Origin: Nitrospirota bacterium
GTDB taxonomy: Bacteria; Nitrospirota; UBA9217
NCBI GenBank assembly: GCA_963840455.1
Contig: CAWIYV010000011.1
Coordinates: 416,001 to 480,000 of the forward strand
Direction of reading: 5' to 3'
Length of the DNA stretch: 64,000 nucleotides
Part shown: piece by piece, positions 22,742-31,070 of the stretch
Layout of the letters: each line of letters opens with the position of its first letter
Numbering within the stretch: position 1 is the first letter of the stretch
Translations under genes and position numbers: made by a program
Notes under the pieces: generated by a model
What the model saw: the letters and a program-made list of their open reading frames with translations, nothing else
The model's database searches: none
What the model was told of the DNA's origin: nothing

Positions 22742-23413
22742 TTACTTCGCCGGCGATATGGTTTCCGCCATGTCGTGGATGGAGCAAACCGGGGCCTTGC
22801 CAGTCGGCCTGCCGCTGACATCGCAGGTGCAGACCAGTGTCCGCACGGGCTCCTTTGCCGCTTCCTCGCGAATCTTCTCCACGATGACCACGGCGCCCTC
22901 GGGGCAAACCTTGATGCATTCGCCGCAGTGAGTGCAGCGCCGCTGCCGAATGCGGTAGGGTGTGAACCCGCCCTTGAACCCCTCGGCCTTCTGGCCTTCG
23001 ATGGCGTTGTCTTTGCAGACCTCGCGGCACTTGTCGCACATGGTGCACTTGTCGGGGTCGATCTCGTAGATCACGAGGGCCGCGCACTCGCGGTGGCTGC
23101 AGACGCCGTCGATATGCCGCTGCAGGTCGTCCTTGTGCTGGGCGAGGAACGCGGCGAGGATGTCGGCGTGGTCCTTCCCCTTCTTGCACATACCGCCATC
23201 CTTCACGTCGGCGGCGATGCGCGCCAGCTGGGCCGCGTGCTTCGCGCTGCCGTGGCCCGACTGGATGGCCTCGAAGATCTTGATGGCATCAAAGATCCCG
23301 AGCTTGCAGGGGTGGCACTTGGAGCACATGCCGGTCTTCGGGTCGTCGTTGTAGAAGAACGCGAGCTTCAGCCGGGTGCTGTTTACGGGGCACTTACTTT
23401 CCTGCTTTGACAT
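22742..23413 (-). CDS. FeS protein resembling the NuoF/HydB C-terminal part (4Fe-4S helical domain + 2x[4Fe-4S])
   Basis: MCSKCHPCKLG..MCKKG, CTMCDKCREVC and CTHCGECIKVC. Start MSKQESK after a GGGAGG RBS. Confidence 0.85.
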   Translation of the reverse strand: MSKQESKCPVNSTRLKLAFFYNDDPKTGMCSKCHPCKLGIFDAIKIFEAIQSGHGSAKHAAQLARIAADVKDGGMCKKGKDHADILAAFLAQHKDDLQRHIDGVCSHRECAALVIYEIDPDKCTMCDKCREVCKDNAIEGQKAEGFKGGFTPYRIRQRRCTHCGECIKVCPEGAVVIVEKIREEAAKEPVRTLVCTCDVSGRPTGKAPVCSIHDMAETISPAK

Positions 23414-25292
23414 GGGCCCCTCCCTTCTCGACGACGATGGCCTGCGTGGGGCAGACGCCGTAGCATGCCTTGCACTTGGTGCAATAGTCCTGGTCGATGT
23501 AGAACCGGTCGCGGAGCTCAACGACGGCGTCAAATGCGCAGGCCGTCTTGCAGAGGCCGCAGAGGATGCAGTGCTCGGGCCGGATGCGGAACATGCCGAG
23601 GCCCTGGCAACGCTTGGCGCGGCAGAACTTGTCGCGCACGTGCTCCTCGTACTCCTCGCGGAAGTATTTGATGGTGGAGAGCACCGGATTCGGCGCACTG
23701 TTCCCGAGGCCGCAAAGCGAGGTGGATACGATCAACTTGCCCATCTTCTCCAGCCGCTCGATGTCCCCCTCCTCGCCCTTGCCCGAGGTGATCTTGTCGA
23801 GGAGCTCGTACATCTGCCAGGTGCCGACGCGGCAGGGCGGGCATTTGCCGCAGGACTCGCTCTTGGTGAAGGAGAGGAAGTACTTGGCCACGTCCACCAT
23901 GCAGTCGTCCTCGTCCATGACCACCATGCCGCCGGAACCCATGATGGAACCCACGGTCGCCAGGGTGTCGAAGTCCACTTTCAGGTCGAGGAACTGGGCC
24001 GGGATACAGCCGCCCGACGGGCCGCCGGTCTGGACCGCTTTGAACTCCTTCTCGGGGTTAAGCATGCCGCCGCCGATGTCGAAGATGATCTCCCGGAGCG
24101 TGATGCCCATGGGGACCTCGATGAGGCCGGTGTTCTTGATCTTGCCGGTGAGGGCGAAGACCTTGGTACCCTTGGACTTCTCGGTGCCGATGTTGATGTA
24201 GTAATCGAGACCCTTGGTGAAGATGGTCGGCACGTTCGCGAAGGTCTCGACGTTGTTGAGGTTGGTGGGCATACCCCAGAGGCCGCCTGCCGCTTCGGAG
24301 AGGCGTGGTGGACGGGGGCGCGGCATGCCGCGCTCGCCCTCGATCGACGCGACCAGCGCCGTGGACTCGCCGCAGACAAAGGCGCCTGCACCTTCCTTGA
24401 TCTCGCAGTCGAAGTCGAGGCCGCTGCCCAGGATGTTCTTGCCCAGGAGGCCGAGCGCTCGTGCCTGGCTGATGGCCACGCCCAGGTTCTTCACAGCCAG
24501 CGGATACTCGTGCCGCACGTAGAGGTAGCCGTGCTGGGCGCCGATGGCGTAGGCGTTGATGATCATGCCCTCGAGCACCGAATGGGGATCGCCTTCCATG
24601 AGCGAGCGGTCCATGAACGCGCCCGGGTCGCCTTCGTCGCCGTTGCACACCACGGCCTTGACCTTGGCGCCCGACTTTTTAGTATGCTCCCACTTAAGGC
24701 CCGCCGGGAAGCCGGCACCGCCGCGGCCCCGGAGGCCCGACTTCTTAACGACGTCGATGACCTCGTCGGGCTTGAACTCGGTCAGGACCTTTGCCAGGCC
24801 CTCGTAGCCGTCCTCGCGGACCGCGTCGTAGATGTTGCAGGGGTCCACCACGCCGTTCCGGTGGAGCGCCAGGCGCTTCTGTTTCTTATAGAACGGGATA
24901 TCGGTCACGGCAACGTTCGGGTCGGCAAGGGACTCTTCGCGGTAGAGCTTTTTGCGATACGGCAGGCCCCGGAGCACCGATTCGGAGAAGATGCCGGACA
25001 CATCGGGGACCTTCACCTTCTGATAGAAGATCTCCTGGGGGTCCTGGATGACCACCGGGCCACGCTGGCAGAAGCCCTGGCAGCCGGTCTTCACGATCTC
25101 GAGGGGAACGTTCTTCTTTTTCGCCTCTTCCTCGAACTGCTTGATCAGCTTGCCGGAGCCCGTGGCCTGGCAGGCCGTGCCGCAGCAGACGCGGACGCGG
25201 TGTGCGTCGTTCTCCTGGTGCTCCTTCTGAAGCTTCGCCCGGAGAGCCCTGAGTTCCTTGACGTTCTCGAGCCGCTTAAACGTGAGTTCCAT
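23394..25292 (-). CDS. NADH/FMN-binding HydB/NuoF-like subunit (BfuB-like)
   Basis: GLRGRGGAGFP, NGDEGDPGAFMDR, FVCGE, GGPSGG, SCGKCPPCR, N-terminal 2Fe-2S and C-terminal 2x[4Fe-4S]. Confidence 0.94.
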   Translation of the reverse strand: MELTFKRLENVKELRALRAKLQKEHQENDAHRVRVCCGTACQATGSGKLIKQFEEEAKKKNVPLEIVKTGCQGFCQRGPVVIQDPQEIFYQKVKVPDVSGIFSESVLRGLPYRKKLYREESLADPNVAVTDIPFYKKQKRLALHRNGVVDPCNIYDAVREDGYEGLAKVLTEFKPDEVIDVVKKSGLRGRGGAGFPAGLKWEHTKKSGAKVKAVVCNGDEGDPGAFMDRSLMEGDPHSVLEGMIINAYAIGAQHGYLYVRHEYPLAVKNLGVAISQARALGLLGKNILGSGLDFDCEIKEGAGAFVCGESTALVASIEGERGMPRPRPPRLSEAAGGLWGMPTNLNNVETFANVPTIFTKGLDYYINIGTEKSKGTKVFALTGKIKNTGLIEVPMGITLREIIFDIGGGMLNPEKEFKAVQTGGPSGGCIPAQFLDLKVDFDTLATVGSIMGSGGMVVMDEDDCMVDVAKYFLSFTKSESCGKCPPCRVGTWQMYELLDKITSGKGEEGDIERLEKMGKLIVSTSLCGLGNSAPNPVLSTIKYFREEYEEHVRDKFCRAKRCQGLGMFRIRPEHCILCGLCKTACAFDAVVELRDRFYIDQDYCTKCKACYGVCPTQAIVVEKGGAHVKAGK

Positions 25293-25764
25293 GTTCGCTC
25301 CTCACCGAGGCAATGATATCGTCCACCATCTTTGGCGTCAGTTCGCCGTACAGGTCCTGGTCATTGACGGTCAGCACCGGGGCAAGGGCGCAGCACCCCA
25401 CACAGCCGACGGTCTCGAGGGTCACGGCCCGGTCCGCGGTGGTCTCACCCTCCTTGATGCCGAGCTTGTTCTCCATCTCGGTCAGGACGGCTTTGCCGCC
25501 GCGCACGTGGCACGCGGTCCCGGCGCAGACCTTCACGATCTTCTTGCCGCGGGGTTTGAAATGGAAATGCTTGTAGAAGGAGGCGACGCCGTAGACCTGG
25601 GACAGGGACAGATTGAGCTGTTCGGCGATCATCTTCATCGCGTCCTCGGGAAGATAGCCAAGCTTTTCCTGGGACCGCTGAAGCACGGCGATCAGGATAC
25701 CGCGTTGGCCCTTCACGTCGCTCAGAATGGTGTCGATGGATTTGATCTCTTCCTGCTGAAGCAC
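25276..25764 (-). CDS. HydC/NuoE-like 2Fe-2S subunit
   Basis: YGVASFY, VCAGTACHVRG and GCVGCCALAP. Confidence 0.94.
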   Translation of the reverse strand: MLQQEEIKSIDTILSDVKGQRGILIAVLQRSQEKLGYLPEDAMKMIAEQLNLSLSQVYGVASFYKHFHFKPRGKKIVKVCAGTACHVRGGKAVLTEMENKLGIKEGETTADRAVTLETVGCVGCCALAPVLTVNDQDLYGELTPKMVDDIIASVRSEHGTHV

Positions 25765-25924
25765 GGTAGGAACCTCCCTCTCTTCCGATAGAGCAACAGT
25801 TGTCCCGGGGGCGGCAACGGTGCGTGTTGCTCTTCACGACGCTAGTATACTGATGATGTTAGAAGAGAAGCCAGAAACGACGGCAGGAACAAATACACTG
25901 CCAAGCAAGGCGCTCGATAAATTT

Positions 25925-25942
25925 TTGTTACGAAAATAACCA
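25925..25942. promoter_or_regulatory. Rex-like palindrome upstream of the nuoE-like gene
   Basis: TTGTTA-CGAAAA-TAACCA, an 18-bp imperfect palindrome similar to TTGTGAA-N4-TTCACAA. Confidence 0.35.
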
Positions 25943-26594
25943 CTAGAGTTGCGAAATCAATCAACAACAAAGTCCTCATACTTCGAAGGGTTAGTGATAT
26001 TAGCAATTGTTTTTTTAAAAATCAAGACAAAATTCACCAACAATATGGTGCAGAAAACGGCCTTATTTCCCGAAACCAGTCCGGATCTCTCTTCTCGCCT
26101 ATCGGCCCCTTGTCTCCCTTCACCCTCTGCACCCGTCCCCCAGACCTCTCGACATATCCCTCTTCTTTTTGTAATGTATGATTACCTATCGAGCTTTCAA
26201 TAACGGTAACATGAAATTGTTACCGATAGAGAATAACGACAGATTTGCCGTTATCATCAGGAATTATGTTCTGAACAAGGGCCTGGATACGACAGTTCAT
26301 CCGACGGCAGCGAGGCCCACGATGCCTCTTCCCGAACAGCCAGCCGCGCAGAATAACAGGAAGGACCGCGGGGAGAAACGCGATGGCCGCTGAGGGCAGC
26401 GACAGCGGATGATCCGAAAGCTTCGGGACAGGGCAGATAGGGGCAACAAAAATGCCGGCAGAAATTTTATCCTGCCGGCTTGTTTCTCTTTCCGATACGG
26501 GGGCGGTGCGTAACGGGTCCGCTCCTTCATCGGTGACTCAAAGCATCGACAAGAACGGAACGGACCCCCATTTTTTCCCTGACCACTGCTCGAA

Positions 26595-26657
26595 CTACTT
26601 CTTCTTGCTTTTCGGTTTTTTAACTTCCTTTTTCTGACCCTGCCGTGAAGCTGCCAT
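26595..26657 (-). CDS. 20-aa Lys-rich micropeptide MAASRQGQKKEVKKPKSKKK
   Basis: Strong SD (AAAGGGGTGA) shortly before ATG. Below the ORF-track cutoff, translated by hand. Confidence 0.55.
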   Translation of the reverse strand: MAASRQGQKKEVKKPKSKKK

Positions 26658-26705
26658 CGGTCATCACCCCTTTCGCCCAATCATTGCCTTTCTCGCGACG
26701 AACTC

Positions 26706-26820
26706 TTGAAGCTCCCTGCAGCATGCTGCCGGGAATCTTCGATCCTCAAGGAACTATCGTTATTCTAATCGCTCGCTAACCCCGCAGCAAGCTAGCGGGA
26801 TGCGCTCGCTCCTGGATTCA
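26706..26820 (+). mobile_element. Two-hairpin dispersed element, copy 2
   Basis: TTGAAGCTCCCTGCAGC...CGCTCCTGGATTCA. Confidence 0.9.
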
Positions 26821-26843
26821 ACAGGACCGCTGCGCCCACCGCA

Positions 26844-27017
26844 TCACTCATCCTGTTTTACCTCTGTTGCTTCCGGAGACTGTTCGGAAGCCGGGGTCTG
26901 GTCCTCAGCCGGCTTCTCGGCGTTCTTCCCCAGCTTGCGCTGCCTCTTTTCCTCGTTCTTTTTCTGTTTCGCGATCTCTCTCTGGCGCTTTTGAAAATTG
27001 AAGTTCGGTTTCCCCAT
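26844..27017 (-). CDS. 57-aa basic small protein MGKPNFNFQKRQREIAKQKKNEEKRQRK...
   Basis: AAGGAG RBS. Resembles the widespread small 'KPNYxFxKRQRExxK' proteins. Translated by hand. Confidence 0.75.
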   Translation of the reverse strand: MGKPNFNFQKRQREIAKQKKNEEKRQRKLGKNAEKPAEDQTPASEQSPEATEVKQDE

Positions 27018-27252
27018 CAGGCTGCTCCTTGTTAGACGGTAATTTTCGGACCGGGGGCTGCCGGACCCGGCGCGTAGGTAGTATGAATAACTGATGTATT
27101 ATACAGGGATGCAGGCCTAATGTACATACCAATGATAGAGAACCCCCTTCACCATAGGACCAGGACCGATGGTGTCTTGGACCTACTTCGCCTGTGCCAT
27201 ATCTGGTATAATGGAACCATATTTATATGCGAGAACATGGAGAATAGCCTTC

Positions 27253-28008
27253 ATGGCCGAGCAGACAAAGAGGGGAACCCCGGAGGGGTCCGCCAGAAAA
27301 AAACGTTTTGTCCTCGTTGTGGACAAAAACCAGCAGGACGCCAGCTACACTTCCATCCTGCTCCAGAACCTGGGATACTCCTCGACGATGGCAAGGTCCG
27401 GCGAGGAGGCCCTTGAGCTCCTTGCCGTTGCCACCGTATCGCTCGTCATCACGGAGCTGGTGCTCCCGGGCATGAATGGCATCGACCTGTACGAGCGCAT
27501 CACGCGCAATCCATCGATGCCCGCGGTCCCGGTCATCATCGTGACCAGGCTCGCGGACCTTGAGAGTGAGGACCGGTGCCGGCGGGTCGGTTGCGCGGGC
27601 TATCTGAACAAACCGGTGCAGTCCGAGGAGCTCTACCGGGCGGTCCAGCAGGCCTTGGAACCCACACCGCGCCAGAACATCAGGATCACCACCTCGTTGA
27701 AGGCGTCGATCGACGGCCTCTCGACGGGCACTGAATTCGTCACGGTGCTCTCCGACGCGGGCCTATTCGTGAGGACCCTTGAGCCCCGGTCGAACGGCTC
27801 GAAGCACACCGTGACCTTTCTCCTCGACAAGCGGATCATCCGCGCCGATGCCGTCGTACTGTACGCATACCGCTTTGACACCGACCCCCAGAAGGAGCCC
27901 GGCATGGGCATGAAGTTCCTGAACCTCTCGCCCATCGACAAAGACGTGATCCAGACCTACATCCGGGAGAATGTCAGCCCCGGCATCGCTCCCGATGTCA
28001 AGCACTGA
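27253..28008 (+). CDS. Receiver + PilZ-like domain protein
   Basis: VLVVD..LVITELVLP..YLNKP, then RQNIR and LSDAGLFV..GMGMKF. Confidence 0.85.
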   Translation: MAEQTKRGTPEGSARKKRFVLVVDKNQQDASYTSILLQNLGYSSTMARSGEEALELLAVATVSLVITELVLPGMNGIDLYERITRNPSMPAVPVIIVTRLADLESEDRCRRVGCAGYLNKPVQSEELYRAVQQALEPTPRQNIRITTSLKASIDGLSTGTEFVTVLSDAGLFVRTLEPRSNGSKHTVTFLLDKRIIRADAVVLYAYRFDTDPQKEPGMGMKFLNLSPIDKDVIQTYIRENVSPGIAPDVKH

Positions 28009-28125
28009 CCTTCGTCAGGCTCCCGCCCGTCGTTGTTCAGCCGGTTACCAGATGCAGTCCGGAACGGCATCGTCATCACCCGGAGATCCACTCCGGACAT
28101 CCGTTCTTCCGCGAGGTAACGCTCC

Positions 28126-28422
28126 TTGGAACAGACCAGCAGGACCCGGAAGAAAAACGCCGCTCTCGCGCTGCAGGAACTGGGTGAGCGGCTGGTGAAG
28201 CTGTCGAACGAGAATATCAAGCTCATCGATCTTCCGGCGGCCCTCCACCAGGCGGTCCTGCTGGCAAAAGCCCTCAAGAAGCACGGCCCCCGCGACCGGC
28301 AGATGCAGTACATTGGCGCGCTGATGCGGAAGTGCGACCCGCTGCCGATCCAGGAGGCCCTTCAGCGCATCGAACAACGGCTCCCCAAACGCACTCCGGC
28401 CCGCAGGAAGCAAGGACCATAG
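28126..28422 (+). CDS. Short YjgA/DarP (DUF615)-like ribosome-associated protein, N-terminal domain only
   Basis: SRTRKK..ALQELGERLV..RQMQYIGALMR. Only 98 aa. Confidence 0.75.
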   Translation: MEQTSRTRKKNAALALQELGERLVKLSNENIKLIDLPAALHQAVLLAKALKKHGPRDRQMQYIGALMRKCDPLPIQEALQRIEQRLPKRTPARRKQGP

Positions 28423-28453
28423 CAGCGGTTCCTGACGCGGACGCCGCAGAAGT

Positions 28454-29173
28454 TCACCCTACCTCCAGCTTCCGGACCTGCAGCCGCTTGTAGTAGAAGT
28501 TCTGGCCGTAGAGGACGCTCACCGGGTTGTGGCCCGTCACCCGGTCCTTCACCACGAGCGTCGTCACCGGCGCATCGGAATATTTCGAGAAGAGCATGTC
28601 GTGGCCCACGCAGAGGCCGACGATGATGTTCATGTCGGTCTTCGCGCCGTTCAAGAGCGTCGCCTGCGCCACAGGATTGCACGCGGGCTCGAAGGTCCCG
28701 GGCCGTATCTTCTCGCTATCCCGAAGGCCGAGCTCCTGCTTGTCGATGCTGCCGGTCTTGCAGCAGACGCTGACCGGTGTGAACCCCTGGGCCGCCAGAA
28801 TGAGGGAGAGCCTGTTCGTCTCGTCCAGCAGCCCGATGCATGTGGCGATCCCGATCTTCGCGTAGCCCATCAGCTTCGCGAAGGCGATCGTGTCCTCGAC
28901 GCGTGTCCACCTCGCGTTGATCGCGTCGCTGCCGGGGATCGGCTGGTAGCACAGGCCCTCGACCTGCGCCGCGACCTTGGCCATCTTCGCGTCGCCGCTG
29001 TCGCCCCGGTAGAGGTCGAAGCACTCACGGATCGCCGCCTCATGGTCCTGCATCGGGCAGTACGCCGGCTTGGCCGGCCGTTTCGACGGATCGCCGCTCC
29101 AGCAGTTCGTCGCCCCCGCCTTCTGCCACACTGCTCCGCAGAGACCACAGGAAAATTCATTTTTCTTCGTCAT
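28454..29173 (-). CDS. DUF1847 metal-binding protein
   Basis: TRVEDTIAFA..IGIATCIGL, CCKTG, CNPVAQA, GLCVGHD and KDRVTGHNP. Confidence 0.85.
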   Translation of the reverse strand: MTKKNEFSCGLCGAVWQKAGATNCWSGDPSKRPAKPAYCPMQDHEAAIRECFDLYRGDSGDAKMAKVAAQVEGLCYQPIPGSDAINARWTRVEDTIAFAKLMGYAKIGIATCIGLLDETNRLSLILAAQGFTPVSVCCKTGSIDKQELGLRDSEKIRPGTFEPACNPVAQATLLNGAKTDMNIIVGLCVGHDMLFSKYSDAPVTTLVVKDRVTGHNPVSVLYGQNFYYKRLQVRKLEVG

Positions 29174-29295
29174 GATGTTTCCTCCTCGCTCGTATGGCGG
29201 CGTACAGGACCGCTTTGGATCGTTGAACGAGGGTAGCAGGAGAGGCGGGGAAAGTCAATGATCAGGGGGCAGGCAGGTCCGCGACGTCGGGTATC

Positions 29296-29937
29296 TTAAA
29301 AAGCGACGTTCCCGTGGACAAGGGAGTAGAGGCCGAAGACGACGAGGACGCCGCCGGTGACGTACCGGAAAGCTGCCTCGTGCTGCGCCACGGCCCGGAG
29401 CTTGCGCTGGATGACATGGGAGGAATAAGCGACCATAAGCATGGGTATTGCCAGGCCGAGGGCGTAGAAGCCGAGCAGCACGACGCCCTGCATAAGCCTA
29501 CCGCTCGTCCCCACCATGGCAAGGATGCTCGACAGGAACGGCCCGATGCAGGGAACCCAGACCACACCCAGCGCCATGCCCAGGAGCAGCCCGCTCAACC
29601 TGCCCTCTCCCTTAACCTGGATGTTGGAGAGCCGGGTGAAGCGCTTGAAGATGCTCGCATCGAACAGCACCATGAGCCCCAGGAGCATGATGATCGCGGC
29701 GCCCGCTGCCTCGATCGTACGCGTGCGTCCTACCAGGAACGCGCCGAAGAGCGATGAGACGGCGCCCATTGCCATGAACGACAGCGTGAGGCCCAGAACC
29801 ACGATCAGCGGGCGAAGGCGGTCCTCCCGTTCTGCGCCCGCCATGATGACCGGCACCACAGGAAGGACGCAGGGCGACAGCACGCTTGCCAGTCCCGCGC
29901 CCGCGGCAAGGGCGATGTTCGTGAAGCCGAGGTCCAT
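29296..29937 (-). CDS. ccdA: Cytochrome c biogenesis protein CcdA (DsbD-beta)
   Basis: LSPCVLP and WVPCIGP, about 6 TM helices. Confidence 0.9.
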   Translation of the reverse strand: MDLGFTNIALAAGAGLASVLSPCVLPVVPVIMAGAEREDRLRPLIVVLGLTLSFMAMGAVSSLFGAFLVGRTRTIEAAGAAIIMLLGLMVLFDASIFKRFTRLSNIQVKGEGRLSGLLLGMALGVVWVPCIGPFLSSILAMVGTSGRLMQGVVLLGFYALGLAIPMLMVAYSSHVIQRKLRAVAQHEAAFRYVTGGVLVVFGLYSLVHGNVAF

Positions 29938-30335
29938 TACTTCGTACCGTCCAGCGTGACCGCCAGCGTCTCATAGCTCTGGATGCCCGGCGGGAAGAAG
30001 TGCGCGATCTTCCCCTTGCTGTCCACCAGCACCAGCTGCGGAAGGTTCCGGACGCCGTAATCGTAGAAGGCCTTCTGGTCCGCGGGGTTCATCGTGCTCA
30101 CGTAAGCGACGTTGAAGTTCGCCTTCCGGTCCTTCTGGAGCTTCTGAACGATCTCGTTCTGCGCCCGGCAGGGTCCGCCCTGGGGGTTCAGGAAGAACAC
30201 GATGGTCTTCTTGCCCGCACTGATGATCTGCTTCAGCTCGGGCGTGCTCTTCGGGGCGTCAGGATTTGCGGCAGCAACCGGGCCGGCCACGGCCAGCAGC
30301 ATGATCAAGGCAACGAACACAAGGACCCTACGCAT
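29937..30335 (-). CDS. Exported thioredoxin-fold protein with a single Cys (GGPC)
   Basis: Signal peptide, FLNPQGGPCRAQ and YGVRNLPQLVLVD. Coupled to ccdA. Confidence 0.8.
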   Translation of the reverse strand: MRRVLVFVALIMLLAVAGPVAAANPDAPKSTPELKQIISAGKKTIVFFLNPQGGPCRAQNEIVQKLQKDRKANFNVAYVSTMNPADQKAFYDYGVRNLPQLVLVDSKGKIAHFFPPGIQSYETLAVTLDGTK

Positions 30336-30446
30336 GAGCACCTCCCACGGAAATAGTTGCAAAACAGCGCAACATAGTACCACGGGGGCCGGACGCTGTC
30401 AATAAAGCTCCCTTTAGGAAACGCTTCTTCCATGCCCCGCCTTCCC

Positions 30447-30477
30447 AAAAAAAACCCTCATGGTGAACCATGAGGGT
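30447..30477 (-). terminator. Intrinsic terminator after the c7 cytochrome gene
   Basis: ACCCTCATGG/CCATGAGGGT stem plus T-run on the minus strand. Confidence 0.85.
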
Positions 30478-30500
30478 CCCTGCCGGAGAGTGCGGGCAGT

Positions 30501-30821
30501 TCAATTCTTATGGCACTTGGTGCAGCTCACCGCATCCTTGGCATTGAATGCCTTGGTGCCGTTGTGGCACGTTCCGCAGAACTTGCCCTCCCGGATGTCC
30601 TTCATGGTGATTCTATCTCCGTCCTTCTTCATCTTGAATACACCTGGATGGCAGTCCGCGCACTTGAAGCCCTTGTCGGCGTGCATCTTGCCGTCGAACA
30701 CCACCTTGCCGGCACCCTTCGGCTCGAGCACAACGGTCTTGCCCGACGGGACCGCAAATGCCGGCAGGGACAGTGCGAGCGCAACGATGACGATGACCGC
30801 AACGATGAAAACCTTTCTCAT
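30501..30821 (-). CDS. Periplasmic triheme c7-type cytochrome
   Basis: Signal peptide, CADCH, CGTCH, CTKCH and ITM..I..GK.C. True start 30821 (AGGAGG). The longer ORF call runs into the repeat. Confidence 0.92.
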   Translation of the reverse strand: MRKVFIVAVIVIVALALSLPAFAVPSGKTVVLEPKGAGKVVFDGKMHADKGFKCADCHPGVFKMKKDGDRITMKDIREGKFCGTCHNGTKAFNAKDAVSCTKCHKN

Positions 30822-30877
30822 TTTCTCTGTCACCTCCTTTCCTGCGTTAGGATATAAGCAGCAGTATCTGCCGCTGC

Positions 30878-30988
30878 TGAATCCAGGAGCGACCGCATTC
30901 CCCGTAGCTTGCTGCGGGGTTAGCGAGCGATTAGAATAAGTTCCTTGAGGATCGAAGATTCCCTGCAGCTTGCTGCCGGGAGCTTCAA
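30878..30988 (-). mobile_element. Two-hairpin dispersed element, copy 3 (reverse orientation)
   Basis: Plus strand TGAATCCAGGAGCG...GGGAGCTTCAA is the reverse complement of the consensus. Confidence 0.9.
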
Positions 30989-31070
30989 TATGGCCGCACA
31001 GGACAACTGTTGGATCACCCCGGCCTTTGGCCACGGACCTGCGGCCTCATCGTGATATTCCGCGCCCGAT

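Noticed and set aside
25886-25904. sigma54 promoter upstream of the nuoE-like gene
   Set aside because: TGGCA-N6-TTGT has GT rather than the near-invariant GC at -12.
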